Shown piece after piece: positions 12,620-25,029 of a stretch of 64,000 nt of DNA (position 1 is the first letter of the stretch; each line of letters starts with the position of its first letter). The notes under the pieces were generated by a model that was not told where the DNA came from, made no database searches, and worked only from the letters and a program-made list of their open reading frames with translations. Both the position numbers and the translations under genes were made by a program. The DNA lies in the NCBI RefSeq assembly GCF_006345805.1, contig NC_043016.1, positions 28,148,001 to 28,212,000 of the forward strand. The letters are read 5' to 3'. Source of the stretch: Octopus sinensis. Its lineage: Eukaryota.

Positions 12620-12800
12620 GCCGGTCTAAATGCTTAACGGCGTTTCTTTCGTGTTTTTTCGTTCTGGGTTTAAATCTCACCAAGGTCGACTTTCCCATTC
12701 ACCCTCTTGGGGGTCAATAAAATAAGTAGCAATTGAGCACAGGGGTCAATATAATCAGCTAGCACCTCCTGCCAATTTTCAGGCCTTGTGCCTATAGTAG
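12620..12800 (+). mobile_element. Nin-domain-type SINE, diverged
   Basis: gtcgactttcccattcaccctcttgggggtcaataaaataagtagc matches the 43237-43613 family. Confidence 0.65.
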
Positions 12801-12910
12801 AGAGAATTAGCAGCTATTTCTAACTGGCTAAACGACCATATGAAGACACAACGGTACGTACAATCAAGTTAGAGAATTAGTTCCTTCGTTAGAGAGAGAA
12901 AAAAAAACTA

Positions 12911-13275
12911 CAGGCGTAGAAGTGGTTGTGTGGTAAGTAGTTTGCTTACGAACCACATGGTTCCGGGTTCAGTGTCTTCTACTATAGCCTCGGGCCGACC
13001 AAAGCCTTGTGAGTGGATTTGGTAGACGGAAACTGAAAGAAGCCCGTCGTATATATATGTGTGTGTGTGTGTGTCTGTGTTTGTCCCCCCAACATCGCTT
13101 GACAACCAATGCTCGTGTGTTTACGTCCCCGTAACTTGGCGGTTCGGCTAAGGAGACCGATAGAATAAGTACTAGGCTTACAAAGAATATGTCCTGGGGT
13201 CGATTTGCTCGACTAAAGGCAGTGCTCCAGCATGACCACAATCAAGTGACTGAAACAAGTAAAAGAGTGAAAGAG
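12911..13275 (+). mobile_element. tRNA-derived CORE-type SINE
   Basis: Head with A-box-like gtggttgtgtggtaag and B-box-like ggttcagtg, central (tg)n tract, 3' aaacaagtaaaagag tail. Confidence 0.9.
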
Positions 13276-13771
13276 AGACAAAAAAGTATATTTCCATCTA
13301 TTGACAACCATACAACTTAGGTATGAACCACTTAAGGAGCCGCTAGACTGCTGCAAGACCTGTTAGAAATAACAGCCAAATTATAGGTCGGCTGGATTTA
13401 AATTAACCTGGGACTAAACTACAACAACCAACGAGATAGACTTTATTACAAACTAGAAACTATTATAACTATAATAAGTTTAGAGACATCATTCATTATG
13501 GCGAAAAGTAATTCTCTGTTTGGCTATATTCGTCTATTTCCTATGGTTGCAATATAAAGACAAATCATTTTTTTTTTTTTTTCAAGCCATGGAAGTTTTT
13601 ATTTTCATATATAACACATAAACATGTACATCTTTAGAACATTGTCATTTTATAAGATTTTGCTGGCAAATTCTTGAATTCACATAAGCATTTATTTACA
13701 TGAAAGAAATTTCCAGAGAACTAATTCTTCCAAATCTTTCAGTTAAAACTGTATTGAAACAATACGTGGGG

Positions 13772-14296
13772 ATTTTTTTCTTTTCATCACAGCAACTGGT
13801 CACACACCACAAGGTTCAACAGAACGTACTGAAGCAAGCCAGCACGCTCGCAGCATTACCACGAGCGAGGCTAAGGCGTTGGGAAAGCCAAGCGCCCCCA
13901 CGGGCATCACCTGACACCAACGTTGGCAAGATTTACGCTGTTAGTGGCCCATTCCCTCCGATTGTCTCACACTCCACAGGTTGGAAGAGATAGTTCACTG
14001 TTAGATACCGATACTTCAAGGTTGTCTTCCGTTCGGCTATAGAAGCAGTAACCTTCCCATTAATTGCAACATCCAGAATGTGGAAAGGAGCAAAGGAGTT
14101 GCAGACAGTGGCGTCCCAAATGAGGCATCTACCTCTAACCCAGGGACAGAGGGTAAGACCATCTGGGCTCCTTCCATCACTTCTGTATAACCCCGGGACA
14201 ACTCCAGAACTGAGTTCTCTGCACCCCAACAAATCGCTATTTGAAGACCATCAAATGACACTTGTGTAGTCTAAGTTGCCACAGGAGCTACGTCGG
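13772..14296 (-). mobile_element. 3' end of a CRE-like non-LTR retrotransposon (restriction-like endonuclease domain), degenerate
   Basis: PGLYRSDGRSPDGLTLCPWVRGRCLIWDATV...AERKTTLKY...FQPVECETIG...SQRLSLARGNAASVL fits the RLE (R-PDG...WD...K..KY...P...ET.G) consensus. A-rich 3' end at about 13772-13785. Confidence 0.85.
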
Positions 14297-14330
14297 CACT
14301 GTCGTCGTGGTAGATGTTGTATTGCTGATT

Positions 14331-15642
14331 ACTACGTCGGGTTCAAGCCGAAAGTTTTTCTAACTAGACATACAACCGATGTCACTTCAGCTCTGACGTC
14401 CTGAGTAGGACAGAGCCTTGCTCTGAAGTCCAGATCCCTGTTGAAGATTTTCCGCCGCCCTCCGGGGCTTGTCCAAGCTGAAGCTTGTCAATCGGATCCC
14501 TAAGGGTGCTCGGACTTGTTTTGTCCGTGTTCTCTCCAAACTGCTGAAGAACGTCTGCCTATCCAACAGCACCTTGGATTAGCAGAAACTATTCCTGTTT
14601 CCTTTGATCTCCCTCCACGTGTCGAATGGGAATAGTGGTTCCTTCACTTCTTCCTTGAAGCAGTTCGAGCTGTTCAAATCTACCCCAACCACTGTTCATC
14701 TAAGGTATGGCCGACCACATAACTTAAAGAAGGCTGTTAATGCCAAATTCAGCGAATTTGACATTAAAGAGGCTGTTCGCCTTCTTTCTTCTCTGTCCTC
14801 CCTCGTCCCGTGTACCACCGACTCCCTAAACCAACTGATAATCATCTACACTGATTACCTACACTGGCCCATCCCACTAAGGTGATCACTCATACTGGCC
14901 CAACCCACTAAGTTTTCAACAACCCATCTTCGCCCCTGACAATGTCAGGAGGGCAATTACCTCTTTTCCAGTGGGTTTTGGCGCTGGGATCGATAACTTA
15001 CGACCTCAGCATCTCAAGGATGGTATCTCCCTATCAACTGGTGATGCTGGGCTCGAACTCATGGAGAACCTAACACAGTTCATAAACTTGTTCTCGCCCG
15101 AGAGTGTCCTTGCCTCCATTCGTCCCTTGTTCTTTGGGGCCAAACTATTTGGTCTCACCAAGCCTAACGGTGACCTCTGCCTCCTAGCAGTTGGTTGTAC
15201 TCTGCGACGGCTCGCAGTAAAAATGTGCCTGTCCCCAGTTTCTAACTACCAGAGGAATTTTCCCCTATTCAATTAGGAGTAGGTACTAAGCTAGGCTGTG
15301 AGTCTGCTGCTCTTGCCACCAGGGATTTCACCAACTTGCCCTCTGAATCACCAGAGGTCATCCTCAAACTAGACCTTTAACTCTATCAATCGGGACGTCA
15401 TCCTCTGTGCAGTAAGGGAGAATTCCCCACCACTTTATCACTTTGCTTGGCAAGCCTATCGAGAGCCCTCTTACTTCTCGTTTGGTGACCATCTCATACC
15501 ATCTGTCACTGAGGTCCAACAGGATGATCCATTTGGTCCTGACCTATTCGCAGGGGGCATAGATAATGTTATCAAGATGGGAGCCGACCTAGACCTAAAT
15601 GTCTGGTACCTCGATAATGCTTGTTTGGGAGGCCCTCCTGAC
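14331..15642 (+). mobile_element. 5'/RT part of the CRE-like element (pseudogenised), interrupted by a Gypsy element
   Basis: NRIPKGAR; GIDNLRPQHLKD; FFGAKLFGLTKPNGDL..LAVGCTLRRL; QLGVG..LGCE; LKLD; VQQDDPFGP; WYLDN - CRE-clade RT motifs with stops and frameshifts. Confidence 0.85.
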
Positions 15643-15914
15643 TGTTGTTGTTATATATATATAATGTATTGAGTATTAAAGGAAGTAGTGAGTACTTAGT
15701 ATGAAAGATTAAGAAAATGAGAGAGACTGAAAAAACGTGTTAACGATACGAGATACTTTATTAGACTGCCGTTGTTGTACAAGGTATTTGTTGTGGCGGG
15801 AAACTTACTGAATGTCATTGTATCAAGGGAGACAATGGGCAACGTTGATTGTTCATGTTTGTTGTGATGATTACATAACATCTTCCCTTTTTATTTTTTT
15901 AAAATTTTTTATTA

Positions 15915-18842
15915 TCATCTGTATCTACAGGGAATAATTATTCGTCGTCCACTTTTTGTGGTTTTATTATTTTGTTGTGTTGAATTCTGTAGTTGTGCTG
16001 TTTTTGTTTTTTCATGCGTGTTTGTTGACTTTGGAAATATATTTTCATAATCTAATTCTTCTGTTATGCGAACGTGTTCGTTTGTGTTAAGAATATGTTG
16101 TCTATTTCGTTTGACTGTATTACCTTCCTCTGTTATTACTAAGTATGAACGAGGTTGCTCTAGTTTTTTAATTATTTTGCCCCTTCTAAACCAATTGTTG
16201 TTAAACTTAATTCTAACCGTGTCGTGTGGTTTTAACTCTGGGAGTTCTGTTGTAATGTTTGATTTCTTCTTTTCGTGAGGCCTGATACCAATTTTGTCGT
16301 GTAGTAAGTTTGGGAGATTTGTTCGCAATGTTCTATTCATTATTTGATTTGCAGGGGATGGTGCACCACTTTGTAATTTAGTCGTGCGTAATGCTAAGAG
16401 CGCTAACTGAGGTTCTTCGCCACTCTTGAATGCCTTTTTTAGCGTATTTTTTATTGTCTGTATATTTCTCTCAACCATGCCATTCGCTTGATGATAATGC
16501 GGGCTTGTCTTCGTGTGATGAAAATGCCAATTTTTTGCAAATTTTTTGAATTCAGCCGAATTGAATTCTGGACCGTTGTCACTTACAACTGTTTGCGGAA
16601 TTCCGAATTTAGCAAAAGTTTCTTTTAATTTCTTGATTACGGTTTTTGACTGGCAATCATTTATTTCGTGTAGACCAAAAAATCTTGTTGTATAGTCAAT
16701 AATTGTGACATACGAATTTCCAGACAGGTGAAATACGTCTGTACCCACTTTGGTCCATGGTGTAGAAGGTATTTCATGATTTATTAGTGGTTCGGCTGAT
16801 TGTTGGTTTTTGTAGTCGATGCAGTATGAGCATGTGTTAATCATGTCTTTGATTTGAGCGTTAATGCCAGGCCAGTATATACATTCCTTCGCTCTCTCTC
16901 TATGCATTTTTCGATACCCATGTGTCCGGTATGTATTTCCTGTAGAGCTTCTCTACGTAATGACGTAGGTACAATTATTCTTGAACCTTTTAGAACGAGA
17001 CCATTGACGATTGATATTTCATCACGAACGGATACGAATGGTTTGATGTTTATTGGTATTTTGTCTTTTGGGGGCCATTCTGTTCTTGTATATGTGATGA
17101 GTGTCTGTAGTGACGGGTCGTCTGCAGTGGCTTCTTTATACTCGTTTAATTTTGTGTCGGTTATGGGGTATTTTTTTATTACTGCATGTATGTGCGATTT
17201 CATATCTTCGTCTGATACTTCTGGAGTATTTTGCTCAAGGTATGCACGTGATAGGGTATTTGCAACAATTGATTCTTTACCAGGTATGTGGTTTAGGTCA
17301 AAATCATATCTTTGTAATGTTAGTAGAAATCTTTGGATTCTGGGGGAGCATTTAGTGATCGATTTTTTGAATATTTGCTTCAACGGTTTATGGTCATTTT
17401 CGATTCTGAAATGAGTTCCGTATATAAACTGATGAAATTTCTTGCATGCGAAAACTATACTGAGAGTTTCGCTCTCTATCGGACAGTAGTTTTGTTCCGC
17501 TTGAGTTGTTGCACGAGATGCAAACGAAACAGGTAGCCATCTTCCGTTGTGTTTCTGCTCAAGTATCGCTCCGATCCCATGCTTACTAGCAGCTGTAGTT
17601 ATTTTTATTGGTAGATCTGGATTATAAAATTGTAGCACTGGTTTTCTGGTAATCATTTCTTTTAGCTTTTTTATTGCTTCGATTTGTGGTTTGTCGAATG
17701 ACCATAACGTGTCACTCTGTAGAAGCTGGCGTAATGGTGCTGTAACTTCGGAGTAATTTGATAAAAATTTACATAGGTAATTTGTCATACCTAGGAATCT
17801 TTGTAATTCTTTTTTGCTTGTTGGCAGTGGCATGTGAATGATTGCTTGTACTTTGGTTGGATCTTGTTTTATCCCTTCGCTGGTTAATGGATGCCCTAGG
17901 TACGTGATTTGTGATTCATAGAAGATACACTTTGATTTATTTAACTTTAATCCGTGCTTTCGGATTCGATCGAAAACTTGTTGTAGTCTATTTGTGTGTT
18001 CTTCTAAAGTGCTGGACCAGATTATGATGTCATCCTGTGAATTTCTTGCTCCTTCTATGCCCTCTATTATTTTTGCAATTTCTTTTTGGAAAACTTCACT
18101 GGCGCTGTGAATTCCAAAGGGTAGTCGTGTGAAGCGATACCTTCCAAAAGGTGTGTTGAACGTTAACAGATGGGAGCTTTCTTCGTCAACTGGAATTTGC
18201 CAGTATCCATAAGATGCATCGAGTTTCGAAAAATATTTAGGGTTATGCATTTGTGCAAAAATGTCCTCCGCTGTAGGGAGTTTGAAATGTTGCCTTTTTA
18301 TGGCTTTATTTAGATTCTTGGGGTCTAAACAGAATCGGAGTTTTCCGTTGGCTTTTTCAACGATGACTAGGGAATTTACCCAGTCTGTAGGTTCACTAAC
18401 AGGTTTTATGATACCTAATTCTGTCATTCTTTTTAATTCTTTGTTGAGTTTTTCTTTTATAGAAAAAGGAACCGATCTGGGTGGATGAATTACAGGAGTT
18501 ATTTGTGGATCCACTGTGATATGATGTGTTATTGACAAAGTGCCGATTTCTCCGAAACAGTTTTCATATTTTTCTATTATGTCGTTTGTGTTCGACGAGT
18601 TTATTTTTGAAATTCTCTGAATTAGGTTCAGATCTTTAGCTGTCTTTGCATCTATAACTGCGTGCGAGTTTGTTTTTGCAACAATGAATTTTATTTGTTT
18701 TGATAATTCTTTGTATTTAATGACTGCTGTGCATTTTCCTAGCACTTTTATAGCTGTGTTATTGTAAGCTGATAATCGAGTTGAGGTTTTTTGCAGTTGT
18801 GGTTTTGGAATTATATTTTATATTCTCTGAATGGCAGTACGG
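15915..18842 (-). pseudogene. Mag-like pol (protease end, RT, RNase H, integrase) with a frameshift at about 16890
   Basis: ORFs 16841-18745 (RT: LDASYGYWQI, SQDDII; RNase H) and 15915-16907 (integrase: SDNGPEF, HQANGMVER). Extra AG in an (AG)n run at the junction. Confidence 0.92.
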
Positions 18843-19883
18843 TTACGTCTGCTCCAGTATCATTTTGAATGTTACATTCGAGTTGTTCACTTTTAGTTCG
18901 ACTGTCCAAATGTCTTTTGGAGTCTTGAATTTTTCGATTTTGTGCACGCGGGAATTATTTGAAGTGATCATTTCGAGTGCATGTGTATCGTCATCTGATT
19001 CATCGTCGGTATGTATCTCTACTTTATGTACAAATTTTCTTGATTTGCACATTTTTGCATAGTGTCCTTGTTTCTTGCATTTTTCACATGTCTTGTGAAA
19101 TGCTGGGCATTTATTTCTTTTGTGATTATAACCACAATAGTGACAGTTAGTGACGTAGTGTTGACTTGGCGCTTGAAACTTCGCGGGCTTTCTGTCACTT
19201 CCGCCTTGTTCGTTTTGATGTCTGGATTGCATATGGCGAGTTATTTGAGTTTTGGCGCCTTTTCTGTCGTGTTGACTATATACCCTCGAGATTTCGTTAT
19301 CTCTTGTTTCGGATGTGGCATTTAGCATCCTTGATTGGAGTCGTGTTTGCTCTGCACTCTGACCTGCTTGAATTGTTTTTTGTAAGTCTAAATTTGGCTC
19401 TCTCAATAATCTTTCTCTTAATCTCATGTCTCTGATTCCACATATCAGAATATCTTTGGTGAGACTGTCTGTGAGGTTGCCGAATTCGCACTGCTGTGCC
19501 TTTTGGCGCAACTCTACCACGTACTCATCGAATTTTTGATGTTCCGCTTGTCCACATGTGAAGAATTTGTGTCTCAGGAAAGTTATGTTTTTCCTGGGTT
19601 CACAATATGCATCGAATTTTTCGATTACTGTTTGAAGGTTCATTTCTTCGTCGGGTGAATCGAAATCCAGAGTGGAATGGATGTCTCGGCCTTTGGAACC
19701 GATGCAAGTTAAAAACATTGAAGTTTTTACTTTGTCTGGCTTCATGTCACTTTCTGTTGCTATCAAAAAGAGATTGAATTCTTTTTTCCACTTTTTCCAT
19801 GCTGCGGCTAGATTTTCCTGATTAAAGTCTAGGTCTTTTGGATGCGGTAAATTTTCCATTTCGTCTTTGAAGTATGATTTCAA
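18843..19883 (-). CDS. Mag-like gag with two zinc knuckles, running into the protease
   Basis: NLAAAWKKWKKEFNLFL...; CHYCGYNHKRNKC and CEKCKKQGHYAKMC. A 1-bp loss just before the GAT ACT GGA (DTG) protease motif takes the frame out of pol. Confidence 0.9.
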   Translation of the reverse strand: MKSYFKDEMENLPHPKDLDFNQENLAAAWKKWKKEFNLFLIATESDMKPDKVKTSMFLTCIGSKGRDIHSTLDFDSPDEEMNLQTVIEKFDAYCEPRKNITFLRHKFFTCGQAEHQKFDEYVVELRQKAQQCEFGNLTDSLTKDILICGIRDMRLRERLLREPNLDLQKTIQAGQSAEQTRLQSRMLNATSETRDNEISRVYSQHDRKGAKTQITRHMQSRHQNEQGGSDRKPAKFQAPSQHYVTNCHYCGYNHKRNKCPAFHKTCEKCKKQGHYAKMCKSRKFVHKVEIHTDDESDDDTHALEMITSNNSRVHKIEKFKTPKDIWTVELKVNNSNVTFKMILEQT

Positions 19884-20174
19884 CTTCTTTTTCTTTTGGT
19901 TTCTGTATTTTGGGTTCTTTTAGTATTCTGACACCATGTTGTTGTTATATATATATAATGTATTGAGTATTAAAGGAAGTAGTGAGTACTTAGTATGAAA
20001 GATTAAGAAAATGAGAGAGACTGAAAAAACGTGTTAACGATACGAGATACTTTATTAGACTGCCGTTGTTGTACAAGGTATTTGTTGTGGCGGGAAACTT
20101 ACTGAATGTCCTTGTATCAAGGGAGACAATGGGCAACGTTGATTGTTCATGTTTGTTGTGATGATTACATAACA

Positions 20175-20420
20175 CTGACAAGGTACTTGCAACTGCGAAG
20201 ACAATGATCGCGGAACTTGGGCGTAGAGGTCTTTGTGTTAACAGCCCCAGAAGCAAACTCTGGATCCTCAACCACTCAGCTTCGCACGAGCAGACAACTA
20301 AACTATTTGTTGACCCCCCCCCCAGTCCGAATTCCTCCTTCATCAGCGTGATTCTCCTTTGGAGCCCCGTTAATCCATGAAAAATAGCGCGGTGTGAAAG
20401 CTGACAATTGGGTTAAAATG
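20175..20420 (+). mobile_element. Continuation of the CRE-like RT after the Gypsy insertion
   Basis: Reads on from ...LGGPP|DKVLATAKTMIAELGRRGLCVN..K, followed by a LGAPL-like motif. Confidence 0.75.
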
Positions 20421-22240
20421 CGCTTCCTAGCATACTTCAACAAAGATTCACTATATTATTTTCATTTCATATATACATCACTATTTCCTTCTTTGTAGCC
20501 GCCTTTATAAATTCAAATAAACTTACCTCTCCCCCTCTCTCTCTCACACACAAATTTCCTCTTTCTCTCCCCTCTCTCTGACTCCTCCGACCCTCTTTCC
20601 CTTCACCTTTCTCATGCTGTGTTTGTCTCTCTCCATCTCTCCCGTTCACTCTCCCCTCTCTTTCTCTTTCCCCTTCCCCCTCCTCCTCATTTTGTCTATC
20701 TAACCGTCTTCCTCATCTCTTCCCCCGAAGTCTGCCATGAACTGTTATTTTGTACTGACTGGTATTTTCTTCACCACTGTCTGTTCTACACTGAAGCAAA
20801 AGTTCTGATTTTTGGATTGCATTAGAAGGGTTTCAATCAATTTGGTTGCAAGGTCTCTTAATTTGCTGCAAATCTCTCTTACAGTTTAAATCACACAATT
20901 CTTCTTTCTTTTCTCTGATGAAAAACAGCAGCGTCTATGACCCTTGTAGTCTGTGCCATGTCAAGGTAGGTGCTTCGATGTTGTGGACCCAGGACACAGG
21001 AAATCCATAGGTTCCTGAATACAAAATAATAATAATATAAATCGATGGTGGGGTAAGGTTCAGATCTCTTCAGAGACCCGTCGCCAGACTTTAGTGCCTT
21101 GGGGTGCTTCAGAATATTCTGGGTGGGTACTAATTTGTAATAATGCTGTGGAGTTTCAAAATAAGTGTATCAATATAAACCTGAGAGCTTATCATTGAAT
21201 AGTGAGGGAGCAATACCGTCGAATGTACCCCCTTAGTGACAGACATGCTTCTTTGGTATGCAAGCCTTTGAGCATCAAAAGATGGCTTTGGTTTGGTGGG
21301 ATTCAAACCGTAAAATTATCAGTTTCTTATCATGAGTAAGTCTCAATTTCACGTAATTAACCTAAAAATTGATCAGTCAGTTAGAAATCATGGTGTGAAC
21401 AGCTTCTTGAATATTCTAGAGATTTGCGTCCTTTTACCCTAGTTAAACAGTTTGGTGTCTAAATTACGGCAGACCACAGTGAGCTCTCAAGCAAGATACA
21501 TCGCAGTTTTCTTCAAGCTTCAACAATGTACGGTGGTTATTGTATCTGCATTTTTCTCTTCTAGACAGCTAATGTCTAACTCAACACAAATATATTCCGA
21601 CTTGCTATTCTGATAGTCAGTAAACCTGTGATAATTTATGCATTTATATGTACAGTTCTCTATCAATAAGATATGGTTGAACGTTGCGAGTTTGCATTAT
21701 GTTACATGCAGCCAGCCTGCTTTCGTTCATTTAAAGGATACATCATCAATTTTTTTCTTATGACCAACCACGCGACGAAGCTCTTCAACAAACACAAACG
21801 ACTGCGACCATGATGACGACTACAAATATACAAGCTCGCGACATGTATTTCTTAACAGATTATTTGGGATCGAAGTGGTTGATGTTTATTTTGCACTTCT
21901 CTAGGTTGATGCACGTAGGAAAATAACTTTAGAGGACGGTAATTTTAAGAAGGAAAGATCTGGATAAGTGTTTAGTCGAATGTCTGAGGTGAATCAGTAA
22001 GAAAAACGAAAAAAGGGAGACACAAATTCATTGAACGAGCTGAGAAGGTAACAGAAAACTTGCTAAATTTAGACAAACAGTTGTTCTAGTAGCGACGGAG
22101 AATATAAACATGTTTGTGAGACAAGTTGTAGTAGATTAGGAAATGCAAATTTGATAGTGCTCATTTTGTGGATGCTGTCTTGGATGGCATTGCACAACCC
22201 AAACCAGCGCTACTTGACAACCTTCCAAAACAAATGAGAT

Positions 22241-22667
22241 GGATCTTTTCGGTTTGAACGGCAGTTTTTAAAAATAATTTCCACGTAACTAAACAGTTTT
22301 AAACTTCGTATACTGGTAGAATGTGTTTATAAAACATTTTTTTCTCTTGGATTAATTGAGAAAATTCTATAGTTTGTAAGATATTTGTTGTTTTTTTTTC
22401 TTCAATTTCTGCAATTTCAACCAATCAATGACGTCTATTGAGGTGAAAACATTCTGTGCCGTATGAAAATGTCCCTCGTTTAAGAAACAGATTGGGTTTA
22501 TTTACATTTCTGAAGAAAAAAAGATACCCCCCCCCAACCCTAACTAACCCTAACTCTAACCCTAAAACAGATTGAAATGCAATAGATCGATACTAGGGTC
22601 ATAATTATGGGTGAAATTTTCATATGACACTGCTAGAAAAAAACTGCCGTTCAAACCGAAAAGATCT
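22241..22667. mobile_element. MITE family B (TIR GGATCTTTTCGGTTTGAACGGCAG), with internal telomere-like (CCCTAA) repeats
   Basis: TIRs of about 28 bp; 8-bp TSD AATGAGAT on both sides. Confidence 0.9.
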
Positions 22668-22799
22668 AATGAGATTAATGTGCTTAATGCTCTTCTTTGT
22701 AAGTTCTAGAGAATCGACGTTCTCTGGAGGAAGGACTGACTGTGTATAACAGTTAGGATGATTCCTTTGGGAAGGGTAGTCGCATAGAGGAGTATCATA

Positions 22800-23217
22800 G
22801 GAGTACTCTTTTACTCTTTTACTTGTTTCAGTCATTTGACTGCGGCCATGCTGGAGCACCGCCTTTAGTCGAGCAAATCGACCCTGGGACTTATTCTTTG
22901 TAAGCCCAGTACTTATTCTATCGGTCTCTTTTGCCGAACCGCTAAGTGACGGGGACGTAAACACACCAGCATCGGTTGTCAAGCAATGCTAGGAGGACAA
23001 ACACACACACACAAACACACACACACATACACATATATACATATATATACATATATACAGCAGGCTTCTTTCAGTTTCCGTCTACCAAATCCACTCACAA
23101 GGCATTGGTCGGCCCGGGGCTATAGCAGAAGACACTTGCCCAAGATGCCACGCAGTGGGACTGAACCCGGAACCATGTGGTTGGTTAGCAAGCTACTTAC
23201 CACACAGCCACTCCTGA
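22800..23217 (-). mobile_element. tRNA-derived CORE-type SINE, young copy
   Basis: Near-identical to 39052-39494; gcatcttgggcaagtgtcttc CORE-like block. Confidence 0.9.
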
Positions 23218-23639
23218 GCACATTCTCAAAAGTCGTACCTTTTCAACAGTTTATTTCTTTAAAAAAAAATCTCACATCACTTGACCTAAGCCCAGGAAGA
23301 ATTTTCTGAGCTCATGATTTTATTCGACCAGCCTCTCAGTGTTTTAAAATGTCTGCTCAATCTCCACTTGTATCTAGGGAACCAGAATAAACTGTGATGT
23401 CAAAACCATTTCGTTGTTTCCGGGAGATCCCCTGGACTTTCATCTTTCTCAGGATATAATCCCAGTAACTATATATTTTGTACATAAAGCTACTATTAAT
23501 AAAACATGTAAGTAGCTGTTCACCTAGTAGAAATTAGAACCCTGACCTTCTTTCACTTCCTGAAAGCGGTAAGTTTTTCGCGCTTTTTCTTCACCTATTT
23601 AGCACGTGTTCATTACATGATCATCGCCTTACACATTTT

Positions 23640-24085
23640 CTGAATTATTGGCCTCTCAGCAACTCGTGACATGGACAGCTGCGACGATGACTACGAAGCT
23701 ATAGCCAACATGAAGGGAAACAGCAGGTGTTCTGACTGCGTCCGCATGTCAGAATTTATCCAAGAACTACCGGAATGTGTTCTTAGGCTCAATTCAGATG
23801 GTTGTCAGGCTGCTAGAGACTATGGGCTGGAGAGCATTGCTGCTAGAAGGTCATATGTGTTGCAGCAGAAGTGGTTATCGGAGAATTTCTACGACTTCAC
23901 CGGCCTCTATTTCTGGTTTCTTAATTCCCCCGGTTGTAATGCCATGGATTGCTATGTATGAGACACGTTTGAGAAAAACTCCAACCGCTCTGCCAACAAT
24001 AGCAAGTCCGAGCTGATGCTAAGATCAAGGAAGTGTCTTGAGATCTTCGCAGAGACAAAGTGAAGAAGGCATGCGCCAGTTTCAT
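23640..24085 (+). pseudogene. Tc1/mariner-superfamily transposase C-terminal remnant
   Basis: YVLQQ...KWLSENFYDF..LYFWFLNSPGCNAMDCYV* resembles the WPPxSPDxNPxDyxxW motif. Confidence 0.7.
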
Positions 24086-24122
24086 ATACATACATACATA
24101 CATACATACATACATACATACA

Positions 24123-24171
<49 letters not shown>

Positions 24172-24196
24172 TATAATATATATATTATATATATAT

Positions 24197-24244
<48 letters not shown>

Positions 24245-24250
24245 TATTTA
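24086..24250. repeat. (TACA)n followed by (TA)n microsatellite
   Basis: Direct reading. Confidence 0.95.
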
Positions 24251-24689
24251 ATTCTGTTTGGGGGATTAATAGATATGTGTGTATTCTATTTCAGTTTATG
24301 CAAAAAATAACATAACGAGAATATCTGAAGGTAAACTCGTGTATCTTTATGCACATAAGGAAATAATACTTTAAGGATAAAACCACTACACCAGCAGGGT
24401 ATAAAATATACTTCCTTAATTATTCCTACTTAAGTTAAAAATATCATTATGAAGGAACTATGGGTGTTTCAGTATTGGAAGATTATAATGTGAGTATGTG
24501 TGTGTGTGTATAGATGTTTACATCTATACAGCTGGTCAGTTCTTTCAATAGAAAGTGATTCTTGGCCTTTAAAACTGGCAAAACTATGTGGCTACTCCAG
24601 GGGGGGGTTCTTGTTTTGATAAAAGTTATTTTTCAAAAAATTATCTGGATTTCTTTTCATTATTGTTCAGTGATAGTGTGTGTGTGTGT

Positions 24690-24980
24690 GTGTGTGTGTG
24701 GCAATTGCCTTCTACTATAGCCTTGGGTTGACCAAAGTCTTGAGTGGATTTGGTCGACGGAAACTGTTAGAAGCCCGTCGTATAAATTGTATGTATATAT
24801 GTGTTTGGCCCCACCATCGTTTGATAACCGATGTTGGTGTGTTTACATCCCTGTAAATTAGCAGTTCGGCAAAAGAGACGGATAAAATAAGTTCTAGGTT
24901 TACAACGAAGTCCTAGGGTCGATTTGTTCAACTAAAGTCGGTGCTCCAGCATTGCCAGTCAACTGACTGAAACAAGTAAT
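24690..24980 (+). mobile_element. 5'-truncated CORE-type SINE
   Basis: cttctactatagccttgggttgaccaaag ... actgaaacaagta. Confidence 0.8.
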
Positions 24981-25029
24981 ACACACACACACAGACATAT
25001 AAACACATAGTATAGTAGGTATCCGGTCT

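Larger units (their letters stand above)
15643..20174 (-). mobile_element. Full-length young Ty3/Gypsy (Mag-like) LTR retrotransposon
   Basis: 238-bp LTRs at 15643-15880 and 19937-20174 differ at one base. 5-bp TSD CTGAC (15638-42 / 20175-79). PBS TGGTGTCAGAA (19926-36, tRNA-Leu type). PPT AAAAAGGGAAGA next to 15880. Confidence 0.97.

Noticed and set aside
12911-12975. tRNA-like A/B boxes (also at the heads of other SINEs)
   Set aside because: They are SINE heads followed by the SINE body; no complete cloverleaf, so not called as tRNA genes
22540-22570. CCCTAA repeats as an interstitial telomere or chromosome-fusion scar
   Set aside because: Short, degenerate and an integral part of MITE family B in all copies
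23921-24238. MYVCMYVC and HTYIHTYI ORFs
   Set aside because: Translations of (TACA)n/(TA)n microsatellite
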